Source of the DNA: a virus
Taxonomy: Duplodnaviria; Caudoviricetes
Virus record (IMG/VR): IMGVR_UViG_3300002515_000003
Span: 64,001-128,000 of that record
Direction: 5' to 3' (one strand)
Length of the DNA stretch: 64,000 nt
The notes below the pieces were generated by a model. It was not told where the DNA came from and made no database searches. It worked only from the letters and a program-made list of their open reading frames with translations. Positions 60,899 through 64,000 of the stretch are shown here, piece after piece; position 1 is the first letter of the stretch, and each line of letters starts with the position of its first letter. The translations under genes were made by a program, and so were the position numbers.

Positions 60899-62794
60899 TT
60901 ATATACTTTTATACCATTTTCTATTTGGATAATCTTCTTCTCGTCTTACTTTATGCCAGTTTCGTATCGCTGTTAAAAAGCCAACTACACGACTATAGTT
61001 ATCTTCAATATCTCCACCACAAACTATACATTTATCTCCTCTACCAACAGACATATGTCCTTCAGAACATCTCTGCAAATTATAATTGACCGCAAAATAA
61101 ACGACGTGCATTTTAGCACATGTTACAATTAATTCAACAATTTTTGCTTCGTCTTCAATCTTTGTATCAATGTTAAGATGACATATTGCTCCACCAGAGA
61201 AGTGCTTATCAAATTTACCTTGTAACATTATTCTATCAAGTAAATCTGCATTTGTGGTTAATGGGATGAATTGATTTGAATAAATATTATACTCATTTTG
61301 GAAACCCATCATCTTATCTTTCTCAGCCATTTTTATACTCATATTTTCAGCTGGTACTTGCTCACAATTATGAGGAGCATTATATAGTTTACCTAACTTG
61401 TCATTTTCAGTATTAATAAATTTTATTATATCAACACCTAATTCTTGTCCCTCAGTAGTAAGAATATCACTACCAAGAATCTCTATACATTCATTAAATC
61501 CATTTACACCGACAGTAGAATACTGCTTAGTTAAGTCCATATATCCAAGAGCATATAATGGGTGATTACCATTTTCAATTCTTTTTTTAACAATGTGTCT
61601 TTTTGCATTATTAATTCTTGCACACACTTCAATTATATCCTTTAATGACTCTTTAAATTTTTCAACTGTTTTATTCTTTATAGCAAGTCTTGGGAAATTA
61701 ATTGAAACTACTCCTAAACTACCTATTTTTGAACTTCCTGCTCCAAAGCTATTAAAGTATTCATTTTTCTTATCACTTCTTAATCTGCAACAACTTGATA
61801 AAGTAGAACTATCTCCTGTATACATATTAATAAAACCGAACTCTAAATCTTGTTTTGCAATGAGTTTTACAAAATTCATATCATTTACATTACCTTCTTT
61901 ATCTACTGAAATACAAGCAGAAGTAATTGGAAAAGTGATAGGAGTTCTTCTCATTTCTTCGTTCATTATATTTAAATAAAGTACTTGCAATTTTCTTACT
62001 ATATCAAGGTTTGGAGTTGAACCATCTGGGAATAAATAATCCTCACAAAGTCCCTCTAAAAAATTATCATCATATATAGATATATTTGTGAATGGACTTT
62101 GATTAGCTCTCATTGGTTGGTTAATGGTATATATAAAACTTACGATATTTTCTCTTACATAACTCCAACAATCTTCTTCAGACACAAATTTAAAATGAGC
62201 ATCGGATTTAGTTTCAAGTATGTTTTTAACAAAATACGACATAACTACCAACATATCAGCCAATCCAGTTGCTCCTAGTGTTGAATTTGAAGCTATTACA
62301 GTGAATTGTTCAAGTTGAGACTTAAAAGCATATAAATATTTTGGTGGCAGAGAAGCTATTTTTTTTACCATTGGCAAACCTTTTGTTAATATATCATATG
62401 TAGAGTAATTGAAGCAATATGGTAATCCAGCACCTATACCATGAAAATCATGAATATAAATATCTCCTGTTAAATTCATTTCTACAATATCATTTGCAAC
62501 TTTTAATCCATAAAGTTTTCTTAATTCTTTCCAAAGTATGTAATAACTATTAAGTCTAAAAAATGGTTTGGGTAGCTCAGTAGAATATGCTATTACAGAT
62601 ATATCATCCACATTTGCATTAGCATCAATAGAAGCATCGGATGTAACTGAGGCAGAAAAGAATTTCTTAGAGAACTTAGACATATCAGTTTGTTCTCCTA
62701 TTCCATCCAAGTTAAATAGTTTATCTGAATATTTACCTCTTAAATACATCATTAAATCATCAAATTTTTGTTCGTAACTAACTTTTAAATACAT
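60899..62794 (-). CDS. nrdD: Anaerobic (class III) ribonucleoside-triphosphate reductase, no ATP cone
   Basis: IYIHD, PYC, QSPFTN, TFP, SSCCRL, EQVPAE, SGGAI, SRVVGF glycyl-radical motif. Confidence 0.93.
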   Translation of the reverse strand: MYLKVSYEQKFDDLMMYLRGKYSDKLFNLDGIGEQTDMSKFSKKFFSASVTSDASIDANANVDDISVIAYSTELPKPFFRLNSYYILWKELRKLYGLKVANDIVEMNLTGDIYIHDFHGIGAGLPYCFNYSTYDILTKGLPMVKKIASLPPKYLYAFKSQLEQFTVIASNSTLGATGLADMLVVMSYFVKNILETKSDAHFKFVSEEDCWSYVRENIVSFIYTINQPMRANQSPFTNISIYDDNFLEGLCEDYLFPDGSTPNLDIVRKLQVLYLNIMNEEMRRTPITFPITSACISVDKEGNVNDMNFVKLIAKQDLEFGFINMYTGDSSTLSSCCRLRSDKKNEYFNSFGAGSSKIGSLGVVSINFPRLAIKNKTVEKFKESLKDIIEVCARINNAKRHIVKKRIENGNHPLYALGYMDLTKQYSTVGVNGFNECIEILGSDILTTEGQELGVDIIKFINTENDKLGKLYNAPHNCEQVPAENMSIKMAEKDKMMGFQNEYNIYSNQFIPLTTNADLLDRIMLQGKFDKHFSGGAICHLNIDTKIEDEAKIVELIVTCAKMHVVYFAVNYNLQRCSEGHMSVGRGDKCIVCGGDIEDNYSRVVGFLTAIRNWHKVRREEDYPNRKWYKSI

Positions 62795-63012
62795 TATGCA
62801 ATTACCTCCTGTAATTTTATTATTTTATTTTCTTTTATTATTAGTGGCATAGACAACATTCCTTGTGTTCTCGCCATTTTCATATATTCTTTTCTTTGAG
62901 ATTCTTCTAAATCATTTAAGAGTTTATATTCAAATTCAATCCCCTTATTTTTCAGTACTGTCTTTGTCATTTCACATGCACTACAATTCTCTTTTCCTAT
63001 AACTTTTATCAT
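62794..63012 (-). CDS. Glutaredoxin/NrdH-like redoxin
   Basis: CSAC motif, SMP cis-Pro; coupled to nrdD. Confidence 0.85.
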   Translation of the reverse strand: MIKVIGKENCSACEMTKTVLKNKGIEFEYKLLNDLEESQRKEYMKMARTQGMLSMPLIIKENKIIKLQEVIA

Positions 63013-63074
63013 TTAACATTTCTCCTTTTATTATGTATTATTACATCGTGTTTTATATTATTATAATTAATATA

Positions 63075-63275
63075 TTATTTTAAACTTTCATTATACCTCC
63101 TTACCCAATATTCCACCTCACTTCCTTCCAAATCATTTTCATTAATAAATTTATCTAAACTAATATCTAATTCTTCACCTAAATTTTTGTCATATGTAAA
63201 ATCAATTTCCTTATAAAATCTTCTTATCTCTCGTGTGTTTTCTCTTATTTCTCCCTCCTTAATTAATAATTCCAT
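63075..63275 (-). CDS. Hypothetical protein
   Basis: RBS AAGGAAG. Confidence 0.55.
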   Translation of the reverse strand: MELLIKEGEIRENTREIRRFYKEIDFTYDKNLGEELDISLDKFINENDLEGSEVEYWVRRYNESLK

Positions 63276-63294
63276 TTACACACTTCCTTATATA

Positions 63295-63996
63295 TTATTT
63301 TACAACGTAACCTCTAATTTGCTGACGACCTAATTCTAAAGCACGATTATTATAATGTGAATCACTCTCTCCATTTTGCCTAACAAGAAAAATATCTAAT
63401 CTATTACCACTATTTAAATCTGAACCGCCACAATCAGTTATCTCTAACCTTCCCATCCCTTCTAATTGAACATAACTTCCTTGTGGAATTGAATTACTGG
63501 CACACATTGAAGCACCGACAAGCTTTCCACTTGAAGTTTGATTACCGTTTAAGTCAGTATACCATGTGCAATTAAAAGTAGTATTATAATTCCCACTATC
63601 ACCACTATTTCCTCTGCTTGGAGAAGTCTTATTCTGTTTAGCAATCCTTTTTTCTTCTTTTACTTTTTCAACTCTAGCCTTTTCTAATCTAACTTTCTCA
63701 GCCTTTTCTTTAGCTTTCTTCTTTTCTAATAATAATCTCTTTAATTCAACTTGCCTTTGTTTCTCAATTTTAGCTTTTCTTTCAGCAACTCTTTTAATTT
63801 CACCTTGTTTAACTTTTCCCATGAAAGTACTAAAATTATCTTTTTTTACAACTTTAACAACCTTAGCTTTTTTATTAACTTTTAGTTTATCCCCATTAAA
63901 ATCATCTTTATGTACTATCGTACTCAAACCAAGAATAGCAGTATATAAACTACTCACAATTAATAATTTCAGTAAAATTTCTTTTCTTCTATTCAT
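63295..63996 (-). CDS. Membrane-anchored 3D-domain (cell-wall hydrolase-like) protein
   Basis: N-terminal TM, K/E coiled coil, PSRG linker, TWY...TSSG...IPQGS...DCGG...RLDIF. Confidence 0.8.
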   Translation of the reverse strand: MNRRKEILLKLLIVSSLYTAILGLSTIVHKDDFNGDKLKVNKKAKVVKVVKKDNFSTFMGKVKQGEIKRVAERKAKIEKQRQVELKRLLLEKKKAKEKAEKVRLEKARVEKVKEEKRIAKQNKTSPSRGNSGDSGNYNTTFNCTWYTDLNGNQTSSGKLVGASMCASNSIPQGSYVQLEGMGRLEITDCGGSDLNSGNRLDIFLVRQNGESDSHYNNRALELGRQQIRGYVVK

Positions 63997-64000
63997 ATAA

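Larger units (their letters stand above)
1..64000. mobile_element. Segment of a large SPbeta-like siphophage/prophage genome (tail-lysis module plus nucleotide metabolism/replication module)
   Basis: TMP-Dit-Tal-RBP-holin-endolysin order on +; ThyX, topo II, ligase, dUTPase, NrdDG and many short ORFs on -; no host housekeeping operons. Confidence 0.93.

Noticed and set aside
808-62777. Many short opposite-strand or nested ORFs in the track (e.g. 808-1035, 13217-13450, 37181-37549, 41975-42412, 61593-61979)
   Set aside because: They are shadows of long motif-bearing genes, with no RBS or recognisable motifs noticed
1-64000. CRISPR array, tRNA/rRNA genes, IS transposase, DGR or retron
   Set aside because: No regularly spaced repeats, cloverleafs, DDE transposase or reverse transcriptase were seen by eye; a tool scan is still advisable

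Overview
AT-rich (roughly 70-75% AT by eye) segment of a large SPbeta-like tailed phage or prophage, probably from a clostridial host (inference). The + strand (1-~37,000) is the late module. It holds a tape-measure gene with NlpC/P60 and lytic-transglycosylase domains that is split by three group I introns, one carrying a GIY-YIG homing endonuclease. After it come Dit, Tal, several receptor-binding/fibre proteins, lysis genes, two tyrosine recombinases, moron-like SGNH and acyltransferase genes and several free-standing endonucleases. The - strand (~37,200-64,000) is an early/middle module: ThyX, a radical-SAM protein fused to a degenerate DNA-methyltransferase fold, a single-chain GyrB-GyrA topoisomerase, a HAD nucleotidase, NAD-dependent ligase, dUTPase, NrdD/NrdG/glutaredoxin, a 3D-domain protein and many small hypothetical genes. 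The strongest leads are: (i) a recurring three-way-junction RNA leader with an anti-Shine-Dalgarno loop ahead of three free-standing endonucleases of two nuclease classes; (ii) degenerate C-N18-G sites at the borders of fibre-tip and moron segments, a possible integron-like cassette system; (iii) two paralogous ~73-nt antisense sRNA genes; (iv) non-canonical intron features; (v) the radical-SAM/MTase-fold fusion. All calls come from reading the sequence and from motif knowledge; no database searches were run.
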